Assembly (NCBI GenBank): GCA_016839555.1
Contig: JAEOUA010000011.1
Coordinates: forward strand, 224,001-288,000
DNA from: Promethearchaeota archaeon
GTDB lineage: Archaea; Asgardarchaeota; Lokiarchaeia; Sigyniarchaeales; SOKP01
DNA length: 64,000 nucleotides
Reading direction: 5' to 3'
Part shown: positions 32,228-43,725 of the stretch, one piece after another
Numbering within the stretch: position 1 is the first letter of the stretch
How the letters are laid out: each line of letters begins with the position of its first letter
Program-made: the position numbers and the translations under genes
The notes under the pieces: generated by a model
Seen by the model: the letters and a program-made list of their open reading frames with translations, nothing else
Databases searched by the model: none
What the model was told of the DNA's origin: nothing

Positions 32228-34891
32228 TCACCCATAAAGTTTTCCATATTTTATAATGAGTTTAATTAAATGTCTTAAGATAAAACTTCTAATTTTGTCA
32301 AAAAAAAGGTTGACAGCATTATAATAGTAACCTGGCGCTCCAAAATAATCTTGAGTAAGAGATTTCTCGCCATTTAATAAGTCTGGTTTCATGATATCAC
32401 CATTAAGGTTTGGAGGAGGTCCATAAGATTTTACTTCTTTCCAATCAGAACTTTCAAAATTTAATTTTTTCCACTCGTCTGTTAAAGTATAATCGTCATT
32501 CTTTGAATATTTCCAACTTTTATCTGATAAGATTTCCAAAATATTTCCATCATTAAATTCAATTTCACCAAAAATATTAAATGCACCTTTATATGCATCA
32601 TAATTAACAGCTTCTATTGCTAATATATTTTTTCCTTGGTTTAGATATTGATTTATATCAAAAACCTGTACTCGTAAAAGAATAGGTAATCTCGATAAAG
32701 AAAATCTTCCCAGAACCTTCCCTATAAATTTATTATTTATAAAGATTTTCATATAGGTATTAACCGTTGCTTGTATCAGAGCTTTTTTAACTGGTTTATT
32801 GATTTGAATTTCTTTCCTAAAAAAACGCGGTTTTAGAGGAGATATTTTCTCATCAGCCCATATCCATTCTGATTCTAAGTAGGGATTTTTAAAGTAGACA
32901 TTCTCTTTAATCTGGGCTATTTTATTATTATATGCTTTGATTAAAAAATCAAAAAGTTGCAAATTATAGTCTAGACAAGGACGCTTTGCTGCCCGTAGCC
33001 ATAAACGCTCATATTTATCTTTTAAATAGATAATTTTATCCCTTATATATTCAATTTTTTCAATTATTTTTTGAAATTTCTCTTTAGAAATATGCCTTTT
33101 CCTTAAGTGATTCGAAATATTAACTGATAATTTAATTTTTTCTCCACAATATTTTGCTAATTCTGCTCCAAATTGAATATATTCGAAATTATTCTTTTCA
33201 AGATTGACTTTCTCAATTAATTTATTGTATAGTTCTACACATTCCTCTCCAATTTTTTCCAATTGTTTATATTTCTTTAATCCAGGTTTGAATCTCTGTG
33301 AAGCAAAGGGATGTTTAAAAAAGTCAGTATAAAATAGAGGAGGTAATAATAATCGCAAACGATAATAAAGTTCTGCAGAAGAGCTTAAAAGGGTAAACAG
33401 ATTTTTAAATGATATTAGACTTTTTTTGTCTATTCCAAAAAATAGAAACCCATATTTATTTTTGAATTGATCATATTCAAATTTTTTCATATTCCAAGCT
33501 TTATCAGCAGTAAGTATTGCTCCGAATATTTCATTCTCCCGTAATGAAAAATACCTCTGATCTCCCCATGTAGAAGTTAAAACCCCTAAGCATCCATTAT
33601 TTCTATATTTATACGCTAATTCAATCATCTTTATTATATTTTCACTAGCATTTTTATTATCAGGAAAATTTCTGTTCCAGTTTAGCATTGAAGGAGATAT
33701 TATGACCCGATGACCAGCTTCTATAAATTTTTCAACTGGCGGGTTTTTTATTTTTGGATTATATTCCCAATACATTAAGATCATATTCTTATTTAGGTTT
33801 TCCAGAATATTAGCATCCTTTCTTACGATATCATCGTACATAATCACATTTTCATTATTATTTTTTTCTGTAATATTATAAATCTTATTATAGAACTCAG
33901 CTAACGCTTGACCTTTTCCACGTGCTTCAATAAATTCTTTTGATTTATATTTTCCCACATCAAAACTTTCATCACATCCAATATGGAAAAAATGAGTGGA
34001 GAAACATTCACTTAATTTAGAGATGTAATTCGTTAAAAAGGGAAAAATTTCGGGATTAGAAATATCCAATGATTGCGCACCGGGAAATTCTCCTAAGTAC
34101 CAATATTTTTTATGCTGCAAGATATTATCAAAATGTCCTAAACATTCAAAAATGGGTATGAGTTCAATAAAATGATCTTTAGCATACCTATCAATTTCTT
34201 TAATTTCTTCGCAAGTGAAGGCACCTCTATTCTTTCCTATAAGAGGGTGATCGGGATGAGCAAACATATCTTCTATATAAAGGCAATAAAAATTCATTTT
34301 ATAATGGCTTGATTTTTTAATATATCGTTTTGCATTTTCCACAGTGCAGACTTGACCACGCGACACATCTTGAGCGACACCCCTCATATTTAAATCAGGG
34401 CTATCTTTGATATTTATTTCTGGAATTATAAAATAATTAAGTTTTTCTTCTTTTTTAAGTATATAATAGTTCTTTAGTAATTGAATAAGAGTTTGAATTC
34501 CATAAAATAATCCTCTTTCAGATATACTAAAGATAATAAAAAGCCCCTCCGAATTTATTATATTATAAGCTTCTTGATTATTTGGACTTAATAAATCCTC
34601 TTTAGAATATCTCTGAAAAAGCTCTTGCTTTGAGCCTATATAATCTATTATTTGTAAGGATACACTGGAATATTCATTCAAATATTCTATTAGATTATTA
34701 AAAAGTAGAGTTTTCTTTTCAACATTGACGAATGAAATTAAATTTTTCGGTCCTAATTTATAGCTAATTTGAGAATTAAAAGCAATAATTTTTTGTGGTT
34801 CTGGAATCAATACTAAGTCATCATAAAGTAATGGTTCGGTCTCTACTGGTTCCAAACCATCAATTATTACGAATTTTAAGAATGAACTCAT
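32228..34891 (-). CDS. Glycoside hydrolase family 20 (beta-N-acetylhexosaminidase) with C-terminal carbohydrate-binding-like domain
   Basis: LIPEPQ, GLFYGIQTL, DSPDLNMRG..DVSRG, HIGCDE catalytic motif; C-terminal WIW...FRKE...GKNILAIE. Confidence 0.9.
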   Translation of the reverse strand: MSSFLKFVIIDGLEPVETEPLLYDDLVLIPEPQKIIAFNSQISYKLGPKNLISFVNVEKKTLLFNNLIEYLNEYSSVSLQIIDYIGSKQELFQRYSKEDLLSPNNQEAYNIINSEGLFIIFSISERGLFYGIQTLIQLLKNYYILKKEEKLNYFIIPEINIKDSPDLNMRGVAQDVSRGQVCTVENAKRYIKKSSHYKMNFYCLYIEDMFAHPDHPLIGKNRGAFTCEEIKEIDRYAKDHFIELIPIFECLGHFDNILQHKKYWYLGEFPGAQSLDISNPEIFPFLTNYISKLSECFSTHFFHIGCDESFDVGKYKSKEFIEARGKGQALAEFYNKIYNITEKNNNENVIMYDDIVRKDANILENLNKNMILMYWEYNPKIKNPPVEKFIEAGHRVIISPSMLNWNRNFPDNKNASENIIKMIELAYKYRNNGCLGVLTSTWGDQRYFSLRENEIFGAILTADKAWNMKKFEYDQFKNKYGFLFFGIDKKSLISFKNLFTLLSSSAELYYRLRLLLPPLFYTDFFKHPFASQRFKPGLKKYKQLEKIGEECVELYNKLIEKVNLEKNNFEYIQFGAELAKYCGEKIKLSVNISNHLRKRHISKEKFQKIIEKIEYIRDKIIYLKDKYERLWLRAAKRPCLDYNLQLFDFLIKAYNNKIAQIKENVYFKNPYLESEWIWADEKISPLKPRFFRKEIQINKPVKKALIQATVNTYMKIFINNKFIGKVLGRFSLSRLPILLRVQVFDINQYLNQGKNILAIEAVNYDAYKGAFNIFGEIEFNDGNILEILSDKSWKYSKNDDYTLTDEWKKLNFESSDWKEVKSYGPPPNLNGDIMKPDLLNGEKSLTQDYFGAPGYYYNAVNLFFDKIRSFILRHLIKLIIKYGKLYG

Positions 34892-34974
34892 TTTAAATTC
34901 TTTTGTGATTATACTATTATGTTATGTGATTAATATTTAAAAATCAATTTAAGAACTTAAATTTATGAATTATT

Positions 34975-35178
34975 ATGGATATTTTTTTTGAATTGCATAC
35001 AAATTTGCCAAGAGAAGGACCAGGAGATAATGAATCGATAATAAAAACCTTAAAAAAGAAATATAAAAGAAAGAGAGGAATAATAACAACCCTCGAAAAT
35101 GAGATGGAAGAAATTAGAATTTTTGAAAAATATAACTCCTATTATATTCAAGTTTTTTATGTCGTGCAAATAATTTAA
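34975..35178 (+). pseudogene. Internally deleted class I SAM methyltransferase remnant
   Basis: N-terminal FFELHTNLPREGPGDNES joined directly to a C-terminus-like EEIRIFEKYNSYY..VFY; SAM-binding core missing. Confidence 0.55.
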
Positions 35179-35387
35179 TTCAAAATTTCTAGTCTGTCTT
35201 AGAAGGAAATAAAAAGTGAACAAGAAGAGAAAAATGATTTAATTATTTTTTTTCAGTCAGTTAATTTACAATTAAGACACAAATTTCTTAAAAAGTCTAT
35301 ATAGAAAGAATATAAAAACCACTAAAATTTATTTTTATTTAGAAAATTTAGAAAATTGTAACTAAAATAATAAGTGATGAATTCAGA

Positions 35388-36608
35388 ATGGTGTTTGAAT
35401 ATACCTCATATAAAGATGTAGATTTGAAAGGAAAGAAAATTCTCATTAGACCTGATATTAATAGCAATATAGATGTAGAAAACAATACTATACGGGAATC
35501 TCCGCGCATACAAGCTCTAGCTGAAGCATTAGAAGAATTTAAAGAATGTGCTGTGGTAATTATGGCCCATCAATCTCGCCCAGGAGATAAAGATTTTACT
35601 TCTCTTAAATTACATGCGGATGAATTAAAGAAATATACTGATCTACCAGTAAAATTTGTTGATGATATTTTTGGAGAAAAAGCCATCCAAGCTATAAAGG
35701 ATTTAAAAATCGGTGAAGTCTTAGTTCTTGATAATGTGAGAAAATGGGATACAGAAAATGAATTATTTGATGATTTCTCAGAAGCTGAAAAAACGGAAAT
35801 GATTCAAACTTTAGCTCCTCTATTCGATTATTTTATAGCGGATGCATTTGGTGCGGCTCATAGAGCCCAACCTTCTATCATTGGATGGCCCTCTTTAATT
35901 GCTGGACCTACTGTAGTTAAAGAATTTGAATATATGACTAAAGTTTTAGAAAATCCAGATAGACCTTTAACAATGCTGATTGGTGGAGCCAAAGCAATTG
36001 ACAAATTTAAAGCAATGAAATATAATTTTGAGAATGATAGACTGGACTATGCTTTATGCGCTGGCTTAACTGCTGTGTTAATTTTTGAAGCTATTGGAAT
36101 AAATACAGGAAAACCAAATAAAGATGCTATCGCAAAGGATTTAGCTAAAGCAAAAGATGAAATTGTTAAAACATATGAAAAATTCAAAGAAAAAATAATT
36201 TTACCAAAAGATTTGGTCATAGTGAAAGATGGAGAAAGAGAAAATATTGAGATCAATAAAGTAGGTGAATATAATGAGGTTACGGGAGATATCGGAAAAG
36301 AAACTACAAATGAATTTGAAAATATTATCCGAAAAAGCAAGGTCGTCATAGCCAATGGTCCACCAGGCATTTTTGAGAAGGAGGTGTTCCGAAAAGGTAC
36401 CAAGGAAATGGCAGAGGCAATGGCAAAAGCAACAAAAGAGAATGATGCCTTGACAATCATCGGCGGAGGCGAGTTTGGAACCGCAGCGGAGATGTTTGGA
36501 TATTCAGATGAAATCTCCTTTATCTCTACTGGCGGTGGAGCAATGTTAGAAATCCTTAGTGGAATTGATGTCCCTTTAGTAAAAGCCTTAAGAGAAAAAA
36601 AACCATAA
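35388..36608 (+). CDS. pgk: Phosphoglycerate kinase
   Basis: RPDINS, AHQSRPG, DNVR, DAFGAAHR, GGAK, NGPPGIFE, STGGGA. Confidence 0.96.
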   Translation: MVFEYTSYKDVDLKGKKILIRPDINSNIDVENNTIRESPRIQALAEALEEFKECAVVIMAHQSRPGDKDFTSLKLHADELKKYTDLPVKFVDDIFGEKAIQAIKDLKIGEVLVLDNVRKWDTENELFDDFSEAEKTEMIQTLAPLFDYFIADAFGAAHRAQPSIIGWPSLIAGPTVVKEFEYMTKVLENPDRPLTMLIGGAKAIDKFKAMKYNFENDRLDYALCAGLTAVLIFEAIGINTGKPNKDAIAKDLAKAKDEIVKTYEKFKEKIILPKDLVIVKDGERENIEINKVGEYNEVTGDIGKETTNEFENIIRKSKVVIANGPPGIFEKEVFRKGTKEMAEAMAKATKENDALTIIGGGEFGTAAEMFGYSDEISFISTGGGAMLEILSGIDVPLVKALREKKP

Positions 36609-36796
36609 TTTAAACTATATTCATTTTATTTTCTTTATTATTTTGTTTGATAACATTAGAAACTAGATAATATTTTTTACAATAAATTAGTATATATAAA
36701 TTAATACAAACCTTTTTTGTACCTAATCCCTTACAGTGTCTAATCCATAGTTGAATATATTTAGGTATTAATAAAAAATCGAAGGTAAGAGATATA

Positions 36797-37582
36797 GTGA
36801 AAACATTAATAGTATTAATAACAATAGGTATAATTGTTATAATTGGTGCATTAATCTATTTTGTTAGGTTTGTTCGTTCTATTATAAAATCCAAAAAATC
36901 AGTTACCATAGTGGGCAGTGATGGTTCTGGTAAATCAAGTTTAGCAAAAGCATTACTTCTAGAATTTGAAAAAATGGGTTATTCAGCAGGAATTATTCAT
37001 CTTCCCCGTTATAAAGAAGCAGGGGGATATCCCGCATTCTTTGGAAAATATATCTATGGTTTTTTCTCTGAGCTAGCAGAAAGACTAAAGAGTAGAAAAA
37101 TGAAAATTTTTTCGCTCATTTATAATGGTTTAGCCCTTTTAACCCCCATTTCTAAATTAATTATGATTTCTAAAGATATTATTATTCATGAACGACATTT
37201 AAGAATAGATAGCGTTGCTATGTCCTATTATTATGCTCCAAATGCGTTCCTAAATTCTCTTGCATCGGTTTTAACCCGTTTAGAGTCTCAAAAACCCAGT
37301 TTTGTAGTGTTTGTAGATCTTAATGATCCTCATTTAGCTTATCAAAGGATTAAAGATAGACTCCTACTCGATAAGAAATATCCTCATTTACATGAAAAAT
37401 CTCTTAAATTATTACGACTATCTCAAAAAAGATATAGAGAGATCATAAAAAAAATACAAACCGGTAAAACCACTATAATTCGAATAAATGGGAGTAATCC
37501 CATCATGTTTAATGTTTACTCCGTTATTGAAACTCTTAAGAATTTAAATTTTTTAGACAAAAATAGAAAAGAAATAGAGTAG
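36797..37582 (+). CDS. Membrane-anchored P-loop kinase, thymidylate-kinase-like
   Basis: N-terminal TM; GSDGSGKSS; ER motif; P..VVFVD...AYQRI..R. Confidence 0.65.
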   Translation: MKTLIVLITIGIIVIIGALIYFVRFVRSIIKSKKSVTIVGSDGSGKSSLAKALLLEFEKMGYSAGIIHLPRYKEAGGYPAFFGKYIYGFFSELAERLKSRKMKIFSLIYNGLALLTPISKLIMISKDIIIHERHLRIDSVAMSYYYAPNAFLNSLASVLTRLESQKPSFVVFVDLNDPHLAYQRIKDRLLLDKKYPHLHEKSLKLLRLSQKRYREIIKKIQTGKTTIIRINGSNPIMFNVYSVIETLKNLNFLDKNRKEIE

Positions 37583-37938
37583 ATCCTTTTTTCATTATAA
37601 AATCTTTGATTATAAATTTTCACTTTTTTTTAAAGAAAGGAAAAAAAATTGTAATTTTTAATTAGGAAACCCTCTATTTCATTGAGATTAGTATCCATTT
37701 AAAAGAAAAGTTTATATATGTACTAAATATAATAATTATAAAAAATATAGTTTTTTTATTAATTTACCTGTGAGTCTTAAACGATTAAACAGGAATTTTT
37801 GAGAGCAAAAATTATCTATAATTCAATGAATAATAAGGGATTTAAAAATTAATAAGGGAAAACTACATATAATTAAAAATAATTCAATAATTCTATCATA
37901 TAAATGATTTAGTTAAACATTAAAGAAAAAAAATAGTT

Positions 37939-39321
37939 ATGAAAAAAATTGAATTAGTTTATAGGACAATAGGAGAAAGAACTTCAGATATAGCATTAAA
38001 CTTCGCAATTAAGAATATTAATCCTTATAAGATCCATATTATGGAAAACATCAAACCTTTTGCCAAAGCGATGGAAAAAATTTTGAGCATAGATTATGAA
38101 GGTGATTATATTGTTTTTATGGATGCTGATTGCATAATTATGGAAAATTTGCAAGAATTTTTAAAAAACAATAATCACGCATATGTTGATTGCTTTATAA
38201 TGGATAAATTTAGAGGAACAATTCATACGGGAGTCCATATCACGAGAAGGGATGTGGTTGAAGAAATGAAAAAAATAGAAATCTCTCCTGATGATATTAA
38301 ATATGTTTTACGACCTGAATCCAGAATTAGAAATATTGCATTAGAAAATTTAGGAGAAAAAAAAGCCTTTAAAAAATTTAGGATTTTCCATGATTTTTTT
38401 CAATATTATCGAGATATTTTCATAAAATATGCGATTAGAGAATTACGAAGTCGCTCTAAATATAAGAAAGAGAAATTAGAATTCTGTATGACTAACTGGC
38501 GTAATAATGACCTTGATTATGTGCTAGCAAAAAAAGCTGTTAAATTTACTAAAGAGAAAATACCTATTGGGACTCACGCTAAGCAAATCGCAAAATATAT
38601 AGAAAAGCTTCCCAACTTTGCGGATCAACAGCTGACCAAGCTTAATATCATGGAAAAAAAACCTCTAGAACTGCAAGAAGTATTAGATTTAAGAATAGCC
38701 TATAATACGCTGCCAGATCCAAATTCGGATAAAAAGATATTTTGTATTGGGCTTAGTCGAACAGGTACTAAAAGTCTTACAGTTGCTTTATATATTCTTG
38801 GATATAATATAATCCATTATCCCAGCGATGAACAAACCTTAAAAGATCTAATAGAGGGAAATTATAATTTCAGCGTTCTTAAAGATTACGATGGCATTTC
38901 AGATATAACTGTTTCCTCTTACTTTGCTCAGCTTCACAAGCTTTTTCCAAATAGTAAATTTATACTTACTGTAAGAAATAAAGAGGATTGGCTTCGATCT
39001 TTTCAAAAACATTGGAGTGACAGACCTCCTTTCGAAGATCCTACACAAAATGAAATCTATATGAAAGTGAGAAGATTATTAAGAGCAAGCGTATATGGGA
39101 CTTATAAATTTAATAGAGATAGAATGTCTTATGTATATGATCTCCATAAAAAGAATATACTTGATTATTTTAAGAATAAACCTCGTTCATTGTTAGTACT
39201 GAATATTTTTAATAAAAAGGCTTGGAAAAAACTCACCAAATTTCTTAATGTGCCAAAACCTAAGAGCTTTCAAGAATTTCCAAATATTAAATCTAATGAA
39301 CGGTTATTTCAAATATTATAA
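37939..39321 (+). CDS. GT-A-like domain fused to a sulfotransferase domain
   Basis: FMDADC (DxD) in N-terminal half; KIFCIGLSRTGTKSL and KFILTVR...W..S in C-terminal half. Confidence 0.75.
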   Translation: MKKIELVYRTIGERTSDIALNFAIKNINPYKIHIMENIKPFAKAMEKILSIDYEGDYIVFMDADCIIMENLQEFLKNNNHAYVDCFIMDKFRGTIHTGVHITRRDVVEEMKKIEISPDDIKYVLRPESRIRNIALENLGEKKAFKKFRIFHDFFQYYRDIFIKYAIRELRSRSKYKKEKLEFCMTNWRNNDLDYVLAKKAVKFTKEKIPIGTHAKQIAKYIEKLPNFADQQLTKLNIMEKKPLELQEVLDLRIAYNTLPDPNSDKKIFCIGLSRTGTKSLTVALYILGYNIIHYPSDEQTLKDLIEGNYNFSVLKDYDGISDITVSSYFAQLHKLFPNSKFILTVRNKEDWLRSFQKHWSDRPPFEDPTQNEIYMKVRRLLRASVYGTYKFNRDRMSYVYDLHKKNILDYFKNKPRSLLVLNIFNKKAWKKLTKFLNVPKPKSFQEFPNIKSNERLFQIL

Positions 39322-39354
39322 AATCGATATTAAAAAATTTATTTTAGGATTTTG

Positions 39355-40224
39355 TTAAATTTTTTTTTTTTTATATTTTTCATCCTTTAATAATTTTTTA
39401 TTAAAATCCCTTGCTTTTTCATTAAAAAGTTTAAGAATTGCAGGATCAAGTTCTTTTTTCCATCTTTGATCATATTTTATTTGAAGCGGGTGGTCCTTAT
39501 AATAATATTTATTCCGTTCACTTAGTTTAATAGGCGTGTTAGAGCTTTTTTCTTGTTGTGCTTTAATAATTAATGACTGTGTGCCAATGTTCCCTCCTAG
39601 AGGATGATGCTCATATTGATAAAACTTTAGCATTGAAGGTTCAAATTCAATATTCAACAAATTTGTAAGAGATTTTACTGTTTTCTTAGGATTTAAAGCA
39701 AAATTTTTATATTGAATTTTCATTTTTTCTCCCTGAAAATTTTCAAAAATTTGATTTGTTTTTTTAATATGAATAATCCAATCATCAATAACTTGTGAGG
39801 GATCCGAAGTTTTATATTTTCTCAATCTGGAATTAATAACACCTCTTCCATCTCTAAATAAATATATAAGATATGATCTAACTAATTTCTTTTTCAAATT
39901 TATTATTTGTTTTTCCAACCAACTAATATTTTTAGTAGAGTCGATAATGATAGGTTTTTGAGTTCTTAATGAAAGTTGCTTATATAAATCTTTAATATCA
40001 TCAATATAAAAATCACGCCAAATTGGACAATCCTTCCCACAGATTTTACATGTGGTATCTTTGTGAGCATTTTCTAAGTGAAGAAACTTTATTTTATTGG
40101 TCTCACCAGCATAAAAACAATGTGAATGGCTACCTAGGATTAATCCTAATAAAGTACTTCCAGAATGGGGTGCTCCGCATATAAAACAAACCTTTTCATT
40201 CCTCATAGGTATGTTTGAATTCAT
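39355..40224 (-). CDS. Sulfotransferase family protein
   Basis: FICGAPHSGSTLL..ILGSH, DSTK, RDGRGVINS. Confidence 0.85.
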   Translation of the reverse strand: MNSNIPMRNEKVCFICGAPHSGSTLLGLILGSHSHCFYAGETNKIKFLHLENAHKDTTCKICGKDCPIWRDFYIDDIKDLYKQLSLRTQKPIIIDSTKNISWLEKQIINLKKKLVRSYLIYLFRDGRGVINSRLRKYKTSDPSQVIDDWIIHIKKTNQIFENFQGEKMKIQYKNFALNPKKTVKSLTNLLNIEFEPSMLKFYQYEHHPLGGNIGTQSLIIKAQQEKSSNTPIKLSERNKYYYKDHPLQIKYDQRWKKELDPAILKLFNEKARDFNKKLLKDEKYKKKKI

Positions 40225-40379
40225 CCATTTTTCTTTTAAACAAATCAGATAAATTATTTTATATTGATGATTCTAAGTTTATGTTATTTTTAACGTATAT
40301 AAATAAGTTGATAATAATATCTTTTATTATGAATTTTAAGAAAAGAAATTATCTATTTACTCTCTTATTTTAGGACCTA

Positions 40380-40910
40380 TTATGCATCTTCTAAAGAATA
40401 CATTTCGGGTAAATTTCTATATTTTTCTTTATAATCAAGTCCATATCCTACAATAAATTTATTAGGTACTGTAAAACCTAAATAATCTATCTGCACTTTC
40501 CTTTTTCTGCGAGAAGGTTTGCTTGTTAATGCACATAACCTTATTGAGGATGGATTTCTTTTTTCTAAATAATTTAATAAAGATGTAATTGTAATTCCCG
40601 TATCTATGATATCTTCTACTATTAATAAATCTCTATTTTCAATATTAATATCTAATCCCTTAATAAATTTCACGTCGCCCGAAGTTTTAGTATCATTTTC
40701 ATAGCTAGATAATTCAACAAAACAAATTTCTATGTTTATTAATAATTGGCGTATTAAATCAGCTATAAATACAAAAGATCCTTTTAAAACCCCAATTAAT
40801 AGTGGTATTTTATTTTGGTAATCTTTATTGATTTTTTTAGCCAATTGGCTAACCGTAACAGATATCTCTTTTTTTGATTTAAAAAGTTTAAGATTAATTT
40901 GTTTATTCAT
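40380..40910 (-). CDS. hpt: Hypoxanthine phosphoribosyltransferase
   Basis: GVLKGS, VEDIIDTGIT, FIVGYGLDY. Confidence 0.95.
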   Translation of the reverse strand: MNKQINLKLFKSKKEISVTVSQLAKKINKDYQNKIPLLIGVLKGSFVFIADLIRQLLINIEICFVELSSYENDTKTSGDVKFIKGLDINIENRDLLIVEDIIDTGITITSLLNYLEKRNPSSIRLCALTSKPSRRKRKVQIDYLGFTVPNKFIVGYGLDYKEKYRNLPEMYSLEDA

Positions 40911-41101
40911 AATATTTGCTTATCTGTGAAAAATAAAACTAAAATAAAAAATATGGTGTTTATAATTTTTAAATATTATAAAAAGAGCTTATATTTAAGA
41001 TTGATTGTGATTTATGCATTGATTTCTAAATAAAACGAATTTAAAAGAAAAATTTATATAATTGATATTTCAAGCGAATAATAAGAGTATTATGAATTAA
41101 T

Positions 41102-41368
41102 TCACTGTTTTTTTTCCTTCTTTCGCCGTCTTTTTGAAAGTATAAAAGCTATAATGATTAATATAATACCTAGTAGGAGAAATGTCATTGAATTTAATAC
41201 TTCAGCAGCTTCTGCTCTCCAAAAAATGTCAGAAGGAACATTTTCAGGCATAAAACCTTGGATATAATGAAAGTGCAATTCACTGATAAATGAAAATATG
41301 AATAAAAAAAGTCCCGAAATTAAAATGACTTTCTCAGCAGTGGTAAAATAATTTTTGTTAGAATTCAT
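41102..41368 (-). CDS. Small two-TM membrane protein
   Basis: Two hydrophobic helices, basic tail. Confidence 0.65.
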   Translation of the reverse strand: MNSNKNYFTTAEKVILISGLFLFIFSFISELHFHYIQGFMPENVPSDIFWRAEAAEVLNSMTFLLLGIILIIIAFILSKRRRKKEKKQ

Positions 41369-41649
41369 ATAATCATATTAAATTCATATAGATATAAACA
41401 TTCCTATATTAAGTTATAAATTTTCATCATTTGAAAAATTATTTCTTCTGAAAATTATTTTATACGAACTTTTTAATAAAAATACTTCTTATTTCATAGA
41501 TTTATATCTTTTTTTATCTGTACATGAAAAATATAGTATTTTATTACTCCGTCTATTAATGATTTTACTCTATATTTATTTCTCGATTTTAGATAAATTT
41601 TTTTAAAAAGTATAAATTATAGTATTCATAAAAAATGTTTTAAAGCTTT

Positions 41650-41722
41650 GGGCCGATGGTCTAGCTGGTATGACGCTTGCTTGACGTGCAAGAGGTCGTG
41701 AGTTCAAATCTCACTCGGCCCA
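41650..41722 (+). tRNA. tRNA-Val(GAC)
   Basis: Acceptor GGGCCGA/TCGGCCC-A, anticodon arm CTTGC-TTGACGT-GCAAG, T-loop GTTCAAATC; CCA not encoded. Confidence 0.96.
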
Positions 41723-41750
41723 TTTCTAAATCCATATATAAAATTTCAAA

Positions 41751-42212
41751 ATGCCTTTAAGAATCCGTTGGAAATCTAAAGAAAATATCGGTATTGCCCT
41801 TATGCTGGTTGGAGGATGTGGATTATCTCAAGCTATGTTTATTTTAATTGGACAGCTATTTTTAGGGGTAAATAATTATTTTGTTATGATTATTATTCCA
41901 ATTGGAATTATAATTGCAACATTTTATGGGACAATTATTATTTATGAAAATTATGCCCAAATAAGAAGACGAGAAAAATTAAGAAGTCAATTTCAAGCTC
42001 AAAGGGAAAAAAATGCATTTAAAAAATTTATAAATTTCCCCATTACAAAACCTCTTTTAATTATGAGTTCTGTATTCATATTATTTTTCATTATTTTTTA
42101 TTTAATTTTGAACATTTTTCTTGAAGGACAATTATCATTTGTATTTTCAGAGACTTTAGCAGCGACAATCTTTTTATTAATCTGTAATGTGATTGAAAGA
42201 TATTATGCTTAA
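41751..42212 (+). CDS. Four-TM membrane protein
   Basis: Four hydrophobic segments; starts 28 bp after tRNA-Val. Confidence 0.75.
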   Translation: MPLRIRWKSKENIGIALMLVGGCGLSQAMFILIGQLFLGVNNYFVMIIIPIGIIIATFYGTIIIYENYAQIRRREKLRSQFQAQREKNAFKKFINFPITKPLLIMSSVFILFFIIFYLILNIFLEGQLSFVFSETLAATIFLLICNVIERYYA

Positions 42213-42544
42213 AATTAATAGATATGAGATTCTTCCTCCTTAGGTTTAAAATTGATAATTCCATATTATTCATCGGACGTTTATCAACCATAAAAGAGTC
42301 TAAAAATTTTTCTATTCAATATTAAATCTATAATAAAACTACTTTTAGATGAAAAGTTCTAATTTAAAATTCAAACTTTCAAAAAACTAAAGATTTTTAG
42401 AAAGAAATAAATATAAGAAATCCGTAAGAAAAAAACCTTTATTTTATGAACCATTATTGAAAAAAATAAATTTAGATTTCAAAAAAAAAAATTTTTTACT
42501 TGAAAAATGTTTAAAATATTTTAAGAAACTAAAATTGAAAATGA

Positions 42545-43372
42545 TTGAATATGAATGAACAAGAAGAGAAATTATTGCTTGAAAAAAAGGGAAAAATTGC
42601 ATATATTACAATAGACAATCAAAAGAAGAAAAATGCTATAGAAGTCCCAATGATTTATAAGTTCCTTGATTATCTCGATGATGTGGATAATGATCCAAAA
42701 ATTAGATGCCTAGTTATAAGAAGTGCTGGAGATAGTGTTTTTTGTGCAGGATGGGATTTAGCAATGTTCCAACCAGGAAAAACGGAAAATATTGATATTC
42801 TGCTTAAAGATGGATCAAAAATCTCCAAAAAAATTCATTTATTGAAGAAACCAGTTATTATGCAAATTCAAGGCTCAGCTGTAGGAACGGGTACAATTAT
42901 AGCATTAGCTGCGGATTTTAGATTTGTAGCTAATAGAAAGGATATATTTTTTCAATTACCAGAATTGATTATAGGACCAGGAATTTTTCCTGCAACGGGT
43001 CCAACTGTAGGAGCAGTGAAACTTTTGGGAAATGCGAGAGCAAAAGATATGCTATTAACAGGTCGGAGAGTTTTTCTTGAGGAATTCAATTCTTGGGGAG
43101 CTATTAGCCGAGTTATAAACCCACCGGAAGAATTACCGAATGCTGTCATAAAATTCGCCAAAGATCTTTCCAAAAAGCCAGCAGAATTATTGATTCTTAC
43201 AAAGAATGCGATTAATAGAATGTCTATGCGCTTATTAAATGAATTTTATAAACTTGAAAATGAGATGGGAAGATATTATTTCAATGGTCTCGAAGGTAAA
43301 AAGAGAGAGGAAATTGATGAATTTCTTGAGAAAATAAATATAAATTATTCATCATTAAATAGTGGAAAATAA
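42545..43372 (+). CDS. Enoyl-CoA hydratase/isomerase family protein
   Basis: FCAGWDL, KPVI..IQG.AVG.G, ADFR, PE. Confidence 0.9.
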   Translation: MNMNEQEEKLLLEKKGKIAYITIDNQKKKNAIEVPMIYKFLDYLDDVDNDPKIRCLVIRSAGDSVFCAGWDLAMFQPGKTENIDILLKDGSKISKKIHLLKKPVIMQIQGSAVGTGTIIALAADFRFVANRKDIFFQLPELIIGPGIFPATGPTVGAVKLLGNARAKDMLLTGRRVFLEEFNSWGAISRVINPPEELPNAVIKFAKDLSKKPAELLILTKNAINRMSMRLLNEFYKLENEMGRYYFNGLEGKKREEIDEFLEKININYSSLNSGK

Positions 43373-43725
43373 CTGAATATTACAACTGGAAAGATTATTT
43401 ATCTATTATGATAATAAACGTAATAATAAATTAAAATCGACTTTTAGAAATTTTTTATTTTTATTATTAAAAATATCTAGCTCACAAGAAAATATTTAGA
43501 TATATGAAATTCATTAATTCAAAATATAAAGAAGAATAATAGCAGGGATAAGAAGATTTAAAACCTTTGAGTTTATTAATATTATTAGATTTATTGATAA
43601 TTAATTTTGATTTTTTCAAAAATATCTTTAATAATAAATTTGTATTTTAATAGACTATAAACCAAATTAAAAGAATAATTATTCATCAGACTCATAAAAG
43701 ATATATTATAATAAATTAAATCAAA

